Below, piece after piece: positions 1-8,136 of a stretch of 20,000 nt of DNA. The notes beneath the pieces were generated by a model that had not been told where the DNA came from, did no database searches, and was given only the letters and a program-made list of their open reading frames with translations. Numbering within the stretch: the first letter of the stretch is position 1; each line of letters starts with the position of its first letter. Location of the stretch: the IMG/VR virus record IMGVR_UViG_3300031088_000469; one strand, 5' to 3'. Both the position numbers and the translations under genes were made by a program. Origin of the DNA: an uncultured virus (IMG/VR IMGVR_UViG_3300031088_000469) (lineage: Duplodnaviria; Heunggongvirae; Uroviricota; Caudoviricetes).

Positions 1-1268
1 ACATACTCAGGCTCATCAGCAGCAACTTCATGGATAAGGTACTCAGCACCTAGCGCAAAAGGCTCTACTGTTTCCGCAGTCGGGTCATTGACCTCGCTAA
101 CGACTTCCGGCTCTTCTGAGTGAGTGACCTCGTACTCGGCAAAGTTCACCAAGTCTTCAGGAGTGTTGATCTCATCAACCGAAGTCACAACGTCAGTTGT
201 TTCGACAGGCTCGTCTTCCTGCTGGTCGGACTCCCATGTCACATCATCAAAGCTCTGAGCTTCAGAGTCGGCATCTGACTCATCAATGTTTTCAGCAGCA
301 CCTTCCTCGACAGTACTAGTACCATCTTCGATGGAAAGCTGTGACTCGGGGAGGACACCATCTGCGACGAATTCAGGAGTTCCTTCAAGATACGACGGGT
401 TGAACTTCTCGTTATTGTACTCGTCGTAAGCAGAACCTTCTTCGACACCAACAACGGCTAGGGCGTTTCCTAGGTTCTGAATTTCGTTCAGCTTGTCAGC
501 GAATCGCTCATGAGCACGGTAGACAAATGAGGAGAGTACGTTATCGCCCTTCTCGACTTCATGCCAAGCGTGAATAGAGATATACCCATCATCATTAGCT
601 TCTGCTTCCTTGATGACAATTTCATCGCCATCTTTGCGAAGCACAATCTGGTTGACGCGGTGAATCTTCTCGTCAAGCGAACGGTAAAGGGTAACGGCAA
701 TGTTGTTACCACCCTTCCATGAAGTTCCTTCGTGCTCTTCAAATTCACCAAGGGTGATTCCGGCAAGCGTGTAGAGGGTCTCTGCAAAAGAGTAGAAGGC
801 GTAATCGTTGGGCAGTACAGAAACGCCTACACCATCAAAGTAAGCGGGAGAACCCACGCCACCAGAGGACAACGAGATGGATTCGTGGCGGGGAACTGTG
901 GGGATGACCACCGCGTAGACTCCACCAAGAACGTCTACGCTGTTGTGGATGATCTCATCATTGGTGATCGAGATCTTAGCGATAAGCGTGTCAGTCGAAA
1001 GTGTCTTGATGATGTCTTCGGTAATGTAGTACCCGACACCACTCAAGAATTCATCTGACTCCTTCGTAGCAGCACGGAACAGGGCAAGAGACCCCTCGTC
1101 CGACTCCTTAGCTTCACGGTGAGCACGGTCGAAAGCTCGACCAAGCCCAAGAGCAGCCAAGACCTTATAGGAGAAGATGTTGTCTGCGGGGAATAGACCT
1201 CGAAGCGGGTGAGGCGCGATTCGAGCTACCGTTGAGCTTTCTAGCGGTGCTGCTGAGTACGTAACCAT
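1..1268 (-). CDS. Hypothetical protein (>420 aa, runs off the left edge) with an acidic low-complexity C-terminal part
   Basis: Not in the ORF track. I translated it by hand from ATG at 1268 (MVTYSAAPLESSTVARIAPHPLRGLFPADNIFSYKVLAALGLGRAF...) with no stop to base 1. SD-like AAGGAA just upstream. The last ~140 codons are D/E-rich (EEGAAENIDESDADSEAQSFDD...). Confidence 0.85.
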   Translation of the reverse strand, partial: MVTYSAAPLESSTVARIAPHPLRGLFPADNIFSYKVLAALGLGRAFDRAHREAKESDEGSLALFRAATKESDEFLSGVGYYITEDIIKTLSTDTLIAKISITNDEIIHNSVDVLGGVYAVVIPTVPRHESISLSSGGVGSPAYFDGVGVSVLPNDYAFYSFAETLYTLAGITLGEFEEHEGTSWKGGNNIAVTLYRSLDEKIHRVNQIVLRKDGDEIVIKEAEANDDGYISIHAWHEVEKGDNVLSSFVYRAHERFADKLNEIQNLGNALAVVGVEEGSAYDEYNNEKFNPSYLEGTPEFVADGVLPESQLSIEDGTSTVEEGAAENIDESDADSEAQSFDDVTWESDQQEDEPVETTDVVTSVDEINTPEDLVNFAEYEVTHSEEPEVVSEVNDPTAETVEPFALGAEYLIHEVAADEPEY

Positions 1269-1302
1269 GAAGTTCCTTATCGTCGTTAGCGCCATTCTAG
1301 GG

Positions 1303-2229
1303 TCAAACGGTCTGCTTAGTTCCCCGTTTCGAGAAAACAATCGATGCCAATTTCACAGCCTCATCAGTGGTAATCGCGGGATCTCCGTTAGAGTCGAGAA
1401 TAGCTCTCATTGCCTCATTGATGGTTCGTCCAGTTCCATAGCTGATAACAGCCCATGTGTCGTTGCCATTGGCGATACGACCTAGGACAGGATGGGACTT
1501 TGTGACGTTTGCCACCTTGTGTCGCTCAACACTTACGAGGTCACGTTCGTCCTCAAGAACACCGCCCAAAGCAAGCACTTCGGTTTCAACTCGCTCAATA
1601 CTGGTGGGAATTTCTATATCCCCAATCTGAGTCGAGCGCAGTGACAACTTGGTGAACTCGACGAGTTCATTTGCTGCTAGTGCATTCTCGTTGTCCCAGT
1701 CATCATCGCCATTCGATGCGTCAATAAACACGGTCAAGTTGAGAATATCGTCAAAGCCAGTCTTACCAAAACTCTCTGACTGAACAACAACAGGGTTGTT
1801 CGATCCCAGGACGGACATCGCCGCACGTCGGGTATAGACCATCTCTCCGTAGTCTGTGATGAGACCTTGATAAGCCGTTGCACGAAGCACTGTGTGGCTC
1901 TCTGGGGACATGAATCCGGAGAACAGTGCACTGATGTCAAAGCCCATTCCAATCAAGCGAGAGCTTAGCTGAGCGAGCTTTCTGTTGCTCTCATCGACTC
2001 TCTTGGGGAAGTCAAAAAGCTCATGCTCTGCGTTGCGCACAAACGATGCTTCGGGTCTTCTGCACACATCACACACTACTGCATCCTTGCACCAGTGGTC
2101 GTAAAGGTCCAGAAGGTTGATGATTGTGTTTCTGACAACCGCCTGCTCGAAAAGATCGGTACTGACAGTCCGGTCATTAATCCAGTGCAGAAGGTCAAAA
2201 GCAGTTAGCTTGACGTTCAATTTGCGCAT
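1303..2229 (-). CDS. Hypothetical protein (308 aa) with a possible Zn-binding motif HWC-x5-CDVC
   Basis: Long ORF with AAGGAG SD and a promoter-like element upstream. No family recognised. Confidence 0.8.
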   Translation of the reverse strand: MRKLNVKLTAFDLLHWINDRTVSTDLFEQAVVRNTIINLLDLYDHWCKDAVVCDVCRRPEASFVRNAEHELFDFPKRVDESNRKLAQLSSRLIGMGFDISALFSGFMSPESHTVLRATAYQGLITDYGEMVYTRRAAMSVLGSNNPVVVQSESFGKTGFDDILNLTVFIDASNGDDDWDNENALAANELVEFTKLSLRSTQIGDIEIPTSIERVETEVLALGGVLEDERDLVSVERHKVANVTKSHPVLGRIANGNDTWAVISYGTGRTINEAMRAILDSNGDPAITTDEAVKLASIVFSKRGTKQTV

Positions 2230-2259
2230 GTAACGGTTGCTCCTTGTTGGTTCTGTATA

Positions 2260-2288
2260 ACCGTAACAGCATGGTCACTCCAAATCAA
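2260..2288 (-). promoter_or_regulatory. Sigma70/SigA-type promoter TTGATT-N17-TACGGT with extended -10 TG
   Basis: Read directly on the minus strand upstream of the CDS at 2229. Confidence 0.5.
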
Positions 2289-2289
2289 A

Positions 2290-2318
2290 TTGACAAGCAA
2301 ACGTTTCGACTGTAGAGT
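2290..2318 (+). promoter_or_regulatory. Sigma70/SigA-type promoter TTGACA-N17-TAGAGT
   Basis: Perfect -35, 17-nt spacer, TANNNT -10, upstream of the CDS at 2357. Back-to-back with the minus-strand promoter. Confidence 0.7.
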
Positions 2319-2356
2319 TGAACTTGAAGGTTACAACGACCAAGGAGAAACCTCAC

Positions 2357-2596
2357 ATGCATATCCTCAAAACACCTCGCGCCATCCTCAATAGGTTTGG
2401 CATGTCTGTTATGACAGGTGGAATCAAACCGGTTATGGTATCGCAGTTCAACGCCGCGACAGGTTGGACCAAGACATCGCACAAGCGTCTTACCTACCTC
2501 ACCGTATACAAGCTTCGAAGGACTGGGGTGACCCACGTTTCTGTGCGCGCTGGTTTGCAGCGCGCCGATTTTGTGGTGACAGACCTATTGGTCTAG
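2357..2596 (+). CDS. Small basic hypothetical protein (79 aa)
   Basis: AAGGAG SD before ATG 2357 (preferred over the track's start at 2318, which overlaps the -10 box). Strong promoter upstream. K/R-rich. Confidence 0.7.
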   Translation: MHILKTPRAILNRFGMSVMTGGIKPVMVSQFNAATGWTKTSHKRLTYLTVYKLRRTGVTHVSVRAGLQRADFVVTDLLV

Positions 2597-2626
2597 TTAG
2601 TCACAGGTGCGTGTCATAATAAGCTC

Positions 2627-3298
2627 ATGAGCAACCTAGTACCCAAGAGTATTGTAGACAAGAACGGCGTAAGCACCACTCGTAACATCAATCCCGATAA
2701 GGGTGCCGCCTCCAAGAATGATCGTGCTGCCAAAGTTGGTGCACCTCCCAAGACAAAAGACGAACCTCTACGCAAGCCGTTAGAGCGCATTCAGATGGCT
2801 TCTAATTCGTACACTGTGGGTCATTGGATTCACGCCAAGAACGTTTACGATTTCAATGCACCGTACCAGAGGGGTTCTGTCTGGGATGAAGACAGAAAGC
2901 GTAGTCTGATCTCATCACTCCTTCAAGGCATTCCTACAGGCGCAGTAATCCTCAACAAGCGACCGTTCAATAGCGGTCCTCATCTTGGTGCAGTAGTTGA
3001 TGGAAAGCAGCGTATCGAGGCTGTTCTAGATTTCATCGAAGACAGGCTTGAAGTTCCGGGAGCGTGGTTTGACGAAGAGGCTCTACCTGATTTCAAAGAG
3101 AACATTCGATTCAGCGATCTAGCACCTGGCTTCCAGTCCTCATTCCAATACACCACCATTCTTCCTTCAATGGAGGCAAGTGTAGAAACCATTGAAGAGG
3201 AAGCAGAAATCTTCCTGCGCATCAACCAAGGAGGCGTTGCACAGGAAGATTCTGTAATGGATAGAGCAAAGGGTATCGCTTCTACTACTAGCCGTTGA
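2627..3298 (+). CDS. Stand-alone DUF262 (GmrS-like, ParB/Srx-fold) domain protein with a ~50-aa N-terminal extension
   Basis: DUF262 motifs PYQRGSVW, LISSLLQGIPTG, VVDGKQR and IFLRINQGG. No HNH/DUF1524 (GmrD) half. Leaderless-type start (CATAAT-N6-ATG). Confidence 0.85.
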   Translation: MSNLVPKSIVDKNGVSTTRNINPDKGAASKNDRAAKVGAPPKTKDEPLRKPLERIQMASNSYTVGHWIHAKNVYDFNAPYQRGSVWDEDRKRSLISSLLQGIPTGAVILNKRPFNSGPHLGAVVDGKQRIEAVLDFIEDRLEVPGAWFDEEALPDFKENIRFSDLAPGFQSSFQYTTILPSMEASVETIEEEAEIFLRINQGGVAQEDSVMDRAKGIASTTSR

Positions 3299-4097
3299 TG
3301 ACGCTATCTAGGTAAGCCTGGAACTCTCCATCATCGCTGCTGAAAAGCTCTCCATTCACGATAACGCTGGGTGTTGCTGCTAGACCAGCATCGGTGAAGG
3401 GGAGTTTTTCAGTTGCTGCATCGGTAACCTTGCCAGCCCATCCAGTGTACTTGTTGTCATCGATACAAGAACTGATGACATCCTGGTTATCGGCATTAGC
3501 TTCGCTTACCAGACCCTTGATCTCTTCATTGGTAAGACCAGCCAAGCCCTCTTCGGGCTGATTGTCAAACATCAACTGATTGAACGAAAGCCACTGCTCG
3601 GGTGCAGACTCGGCAACGCAAGCACTAGCTCCTGCTGCACGAGTCGAGTACTTGGTTCCAGCCGAAGAGCGGTCCAGAATAGAAATGGGGTGGTATTCGA
3701 GGTCAATGTCACCGCTAGCAACCAGCCCAGAAAGGTAGTCGCCATAAGCCTGCTCAAACTGACCGCAGAACGGGCACATGTAGTCGATGTAAATTCGCAC
3801 ATCAGTCTTATCCGTGGACAGCGGCTCAGTCTTGATATTGAATTCATCCTTTGCAGGGCTGGATACTGCCGTCAAACTAGAATTTGCGAACCTCACCCCA
3901 CCTCCAGCCATGTTGGCGGGAGTTAGAGAAGAACTGCCTGTAGCACTCACAAGAACAATGGTGATTGCCGTCAGTGCGGCAACAGCTACACCAACAATGC
4001 CTAGCTGGAACTTGAGACGCGAACGCTTTTCGCGCTTCTGTCTTGCTTCTCGCTCTGCTTTTGCCTTCTGCTTGATTTCGTCTTTGCGGCTTGCCAC
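3288..4097 (-). CDS. dsbA: Membrane-anchored DsbA-family thiol-disulfide oxidoreductase (actinobacterial MdbA/DsbA type)
   Basis: Basic N-tail plus one TM helix. YIDYMCPFC active site, YHPISILDR...YSTRAA..SACVA motif, and cis-Pro loop ATPSVIVNG. GGAGG SD favours GTG at 4097 over 4130. The 3' end overlaps the convergent DUF262 gene by 11 nt. Confidence 0.9.
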   Translation of the reverse strand: MASRKDEIKQKAKAEREARQKREKRSRLKFQLGIVGVAVAALTAITIVLVSATGSSSLTPANMAGGGVRFANSSLTAVSSPAKDEFNIKTEPLSTDKTDVRIYIDYMCPFCGQFEQAYGDYLSGLVASGDIDLEYHPISILDRSSAGTKYSTRAAGASACVAESAPEQWLSFNQLMFDNQPEEGLAGLTNEEIKGLVSEANADNQDVISSCIDDNKYTGWAGKVTDAATEKLPFTDAGLAATPSVIVNGELFSSDDGEFQAYLDSVING

Positions 4098-4120
4098 GTG
4101 TCCTCCGTTGTTGAGCGGCA

Positions 4121-4149
4121 ATCGTAGCATCGCTGATATCAGAGGGCAA
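4121..4149 (-). promoter_or_regulatory. Promoter for dsbA: TTGCCC-N17-TACGAT, extended -10 TG, palindrome CTGATATCAG in the spacer
   Basis: Read directly on the minus strand between the terminator and the dsbA SD. Confidence 0.55.
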
Positions 4150-4162
4150 GAGAACCGTTATG

Positions 4163-4200
4163 CAAAGAACCCTCTCACAGGAAAGCAAGAGGGTTCTTTG
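4163..4200 (-). terminator. Intrinsic terminator-like hairpin (13-bp stem)
   Basis: CAAAGAACCCTCT-N12-AGAGGGTTCTTTG immediately after the stop of CDS 4203..5222. Confidence 0.75.
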
Positions 4201-4202
4201 TG

Positions 4203-5222
<1,020 letters not shown>

Positions 5223-5289
5223 AACTTACCTCTCATGATGACTAATTTCATCATCATACAAGCTGTGCAGTATCGGTTATGCGAAACCG

Positions 5290-5805
5290 CTAGATTGCAG
5301 CGGGGGTGGTGTCAGAAGTTCTGATTTCGTACTTGAGCTTCTTTGAGTTGCGAGAGAACTGTCTGAACAAACGACCGAATAGTGCCACCGCGACACTTCC
5401 TCCAATGATGACGATTGCGAACGTGCTGAGTAGAACGCTGGCTAGCGCATCTTTCTGGTTGTAGAAATCTGAGACGTTCCACAAGATCACGAACAGGAGT
5501 AATCCGAAGAAACTCAGAGCCATGTACAGCTTGACCTTCTTCTCGCGTCGAGCGGCAACTGTGATCTTCTCTCTTACTTCGTTTGAGTACTTTCCTGCGT
5601 ATGTTCTATTCCAAAGAACTCCGCCATCTTCCTTGATTTGGGAAACCCAAACGTCGCCGCATACATCACAAACGACACCAATACCATTGGGCGTTGCTTC
5701 CTGTGCATAGAGCGAATTGATGCAGCATTCATCGGTTCCATTGAAGTCGGTATCGATTCCAACAACGTCTGCGTTTACAGAGACCAACTCTGCCATTTTG
5801 ACCAC
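5290..5805 (-). CDS. Hypothetical membrane protein: CC...CxxC-xx-VW motif plus two TM helices
   Basis: ECCINSLYAQEATPNGIGVVCDVCGDVW, then two hydrophobic helices. The start may instead be ATG 5796. Paralog of 5809..6321. Confidence 0.8.
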   Translation of the reverse strand: MVKMAELVSVNADVVGIDTDFNGTDECCINSLYAQEATPNGIGVVCDVCGDVWVSQIKEDGGVLWNRTYAGKYSNEVREKITVAARREKKVKLYMALSFFGLLLFVILWNVSDFYNQKDALASVLLSTFAIVIIGGSVAVALFGRLFRQFSRNSKKLKYEIRTSDTTPAAI

Positions 5806-5808
5806 TTC

Positions 5809-6321
5809 CTAGTTATCGCTGAGCGATAGATTGTACTGATGCATCAGTTTACGCCATAAGAAAGCGCACAATCCTGTAACCAGGAGACCCCCAGCTAACA
5901 CTAAGAATGCGATATAAGATGGTTTTGTTACGTCACTATCTAGTGCTAAGAAAAGAGCAACTATCGAGATGACCACAGTTGCTATCGCCAGAACTATCGA
6001 ACGCCATTTCCACTGATGAGAGCGGTAAGCAAGCATGTCATGTTCATGTTCGGGGATAACCTTCATCGTGGTTAGAGTCCAAGATGAAGGGACAGTTTGG
6101 TCAACAGGAATAGCCCATACGCGGTCGCAGATATTGCAAACCCATACGTCACCTGGGGTACCTGACTGAGGAAGATGATCGGCACAGCAGAGGTATGCCT
6201 CTTGAACTGCATCCAGAGCCTTGTTGTCAATTGCGCCGAATGAGTCAAAGGTGGTGATGAATGGAGAATCGTCGTACCAATGGCGTTCGGGAATCCTTGC
6301 CGTCAACATCCTGCCGTACAC
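5809..6321 (-). CDS. Hypothetical membrane protein: CC...CxxC-xx-VW motif plus two TM helices
   Basis: LCCADHLPQSGTPGDVWVCNICDRVW, then two TM helices. GGAGG SD 5 nt before GTG. Confidence 0.8.
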   Translation of the reverse strand: MYGRMLTARIPERHWYDDSPFITTFDSFGAIDNKALDAVQEAYLCCADHLPQSGTPGDVWVCNICDRVWAIPVDQTVPSSWTLTTMKVIPEHEHDMLAYRSHQWKWRSIVLAIATVVISIVALFLALDSDVTKPSYIAFLVLAGGLLVTGLCAFLWRKLMHQYNLSLSDN

Positions 6322-6353
6322 ATCTACCTCCGAAGTAGATGCTGACTATATCA
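6321..6353 (-). promoter_or_regulatory. Extended -10 (TG-A-TATAGT) followed by a hairpin that sequesters the SD and start of CDS 5809..6321
   Basis: The mRNA reads CAUCUACUU-CGG-AGGUAGAUG (6341..6321). The -10 box is at 6345-6350. Confidence 0.5.
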
Positions 6354-6863
6354 CTAGACTTCGATAGAGTGGGTGAACATACCCGAGATCTCTTCGAATG
6401 AACTAGATTGCCGGTCATCATCACCAGCGATAGCTATGACAGCCATTCCAAGGAACCTAGCTCTACGCACCATACGAACAAGGGATGTCTCTTCGTATAG
6501 ATCTTTGACTGTCGATAGGTAGACCAAGGGGATGGGGGTGTTGAAATCAGTTACTACGGTCTCATCACCCCGGTTGTCTAGATTTCCTAGCCACTCCATC
6601 ACCTCTGATGTCTTGTCTATTTCAGCTTCGGCGTTAGCGGGTGTCTCAGGTACCACAAAAAGAGTCATGTTGGGAAATTGAGAGATGAGCTTGGCGATAA
6701 GCTCTGCTGCGACTTGATGTGCAGGTCCGGAATCTCCATAGATAAGAACAGAAGGCGAATCATTGATACTCGAATCCTGCAACTCAACTAGTGGATTCCA
6801 GTTCCTGACGAAATACTCGGATTCAGTTTCGGTTCTTGTTACGGGTAGTTCTGCGATGGACAT
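6354..6863 (-). CDS. Hypothetical protein resembling a degenerate FtsK/HerA-type P-loop domain
   Basis: SVLIYGDSGPAH sits where a Walker A would be but lacks GK[ST]. LVRMVRRARFLGMAVIAI resembles the FtsK/HerA Arg-finger segment. Leaderless-type start (TAAACT-N6-ATG). Confidence 0.65.
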   Translation of the reverse strand: MSIAELPVTRTETESEYFVRNWNPLVELQDSSINDSPSVLIYGDSGPAHQVAAELIAKLISQFPNMTLFVVPETPANAEAEIDKTSEVMEWLGNLDNRGDETVVTDFNTPIPLVYLSTVKDLYEETSLVRMVRRARFLGMAVIAIAGDDDRQSSSFEEISGMFTHSIEV

Positions 6864-6891
6864 GGAAGAAGTTTAGCCCATCTAGCTACTT

Positions 6892-8136
6892 TTAGGCTTC
6901 CTCGACAGCTATTCTCTGAACATGCTCAGCAATTGTACGGGAAATGGATACGAATGCGTCGTCATAGTATCGTGGTGAAGCGACACTCTTCGAAATGGCA
7001 ATTGCAGTAACAGAGCAGTTGTGCTCGAACACAGTGGCAACATAACTGTGATCAAATAGCTCAACATCGTCTTCATCATCGTCATCCGATTCGTCATCGA
7101 ACATCGACTCACTAGGTGCGAATGCCAGTACCTGAATGCCTCCGGATACTTCACCATCATCGTAGATGACATCGTAATCACTTGACACGGCAGGAGTGAC
7201 CATCTCATTGGAGATAGAGATGGTGATCAAAAGTGGTGTGACACCCACAGCCTCTTCCTCTGAAAGCGGAGGAACGGCAAACAACTGCATACCGGAGTCT
7301 CGCCAGTCTAGACCGACTTCATCAGTGGCATCTTTAGTGATCTCGAAGATCTTGTTGCTGTTTCTGTTCGCGATGTCGGCTGGTGTCTCTTCAAGGGACT
7401 CCATAGAGAGCATTCCAATGAGAGCGGCATTACCCGTGTGGGCATAAAGCTTCCACCCATCCAAACCCTTGATGGGGTAGATGGCATTGTCCGGGTCACT
7501 CACAAATTGACCGGTCACAGAGTACTCGAACGCAATGTCAGCAGAACCCTTGGTTGCGCGCTGAGCGGCACCAAACACATCGAGCGCAGGTGACTTCAAG
7601 AAGTTGTTGGCGATCTGCGCAAGAGTAGGCAGAGTCTCCGCAAGAACCTCTTCGTCTTCAGCAAGAATTGAAGAGGTAAACGAGAACGAAACCTGTACGT
7701 CACTCTCTTCAAACACGCAAATGACTGAGTGTCGAGTGAGGTTGGATTCTTCGTGCTCTTCCTTACTGAGGTAGTAGACCTCGCCATTAGATCCGTTGGT
7801 GTCCTGAATCTTGCTGACCATCTTGTAGCTGCTTTTGACGTACTTCATCTCGTCAGGGTCCATTGCGCTGGCAGGGGCTGCCATGAGGATGATTGGCTCG
7901 ATGTTGTAACGCACCCAGAACTCCGTGAGGGCATCTCTGGTGGGCGTGATAATTACTCTTAGCGAACTGTCTTCCCAGTAAAGCTCTTTGGCGAATGGGG
8001 CACGATCAGGGTCCAAGTCGTAAGGAAGCTCTCGCAATGCAGATGCCTGTGAAAGTCCGATACCATCATTGACCTCGAAAGCCCTCCAACCATCAACATT
8101 TTCGAACATGATTTCTAGCGAGTTGTCCTGAATCAT
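6892..8136 (-). CDS. Hypothetical acidic protein (414 aa) made of two copies of a ~200-aa domain
   Basis: ATGA overlap with the upstream gene. Internal repeats VDGWRAF..LYWEDSSLRVIITP..IEPIIL and LDGWKLY..LDWRDSGMQLFAVP..VTPLLI. Confidence 0.85.
   Translation of the reverse strand: MIQDNSLEIMFENVDGWRAFEVNDGIGLSQASALRELPYDLDPDRAPFAKELYWEDSSLRVIITPTRDALTEFWVRYNIEPIILMAAPASAMDPDEMKYVKSSYKMVSKIQDTNGSNGEVYYLSKEEHEESNLTRHSVICVFEESDVQVSFSFTSSILAEDEEVLAETLPTLAQIANNFLKSPALDVFGAAQRATKGSADIAFEYSVTGQFVSDPDNAIYPIKGLDGWKLYAHTGNAALIGMLSMESLEETPADIANRNSNKIFEITKDATDEVGLDWRDSGMQLFAVPPLSEEEAVGVTPLLITISISNEMVTPAVSSDYDVIYDDGEVSGGIQVLAFAPSESMFDDESDDDDEDDVELFDHSYVATVFEHNCSVTAIAISKSVASPRYYDDAFVSISRTIAEHVQRIAVEEA

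Noticed and set aside
239..1485. Short track ORFs (239..454, 488..787, 732..1058, 1267..1485)
   Set aside because: They overlap the real minus-strand CDSs 1..1268 and 1303..2229 in other frames or on the opposite strand.
2627..3298. Complete GmrSD/SspE restriction system
   Set aside because: No HNH/DUF1524 domain in this protein or its neighbours.
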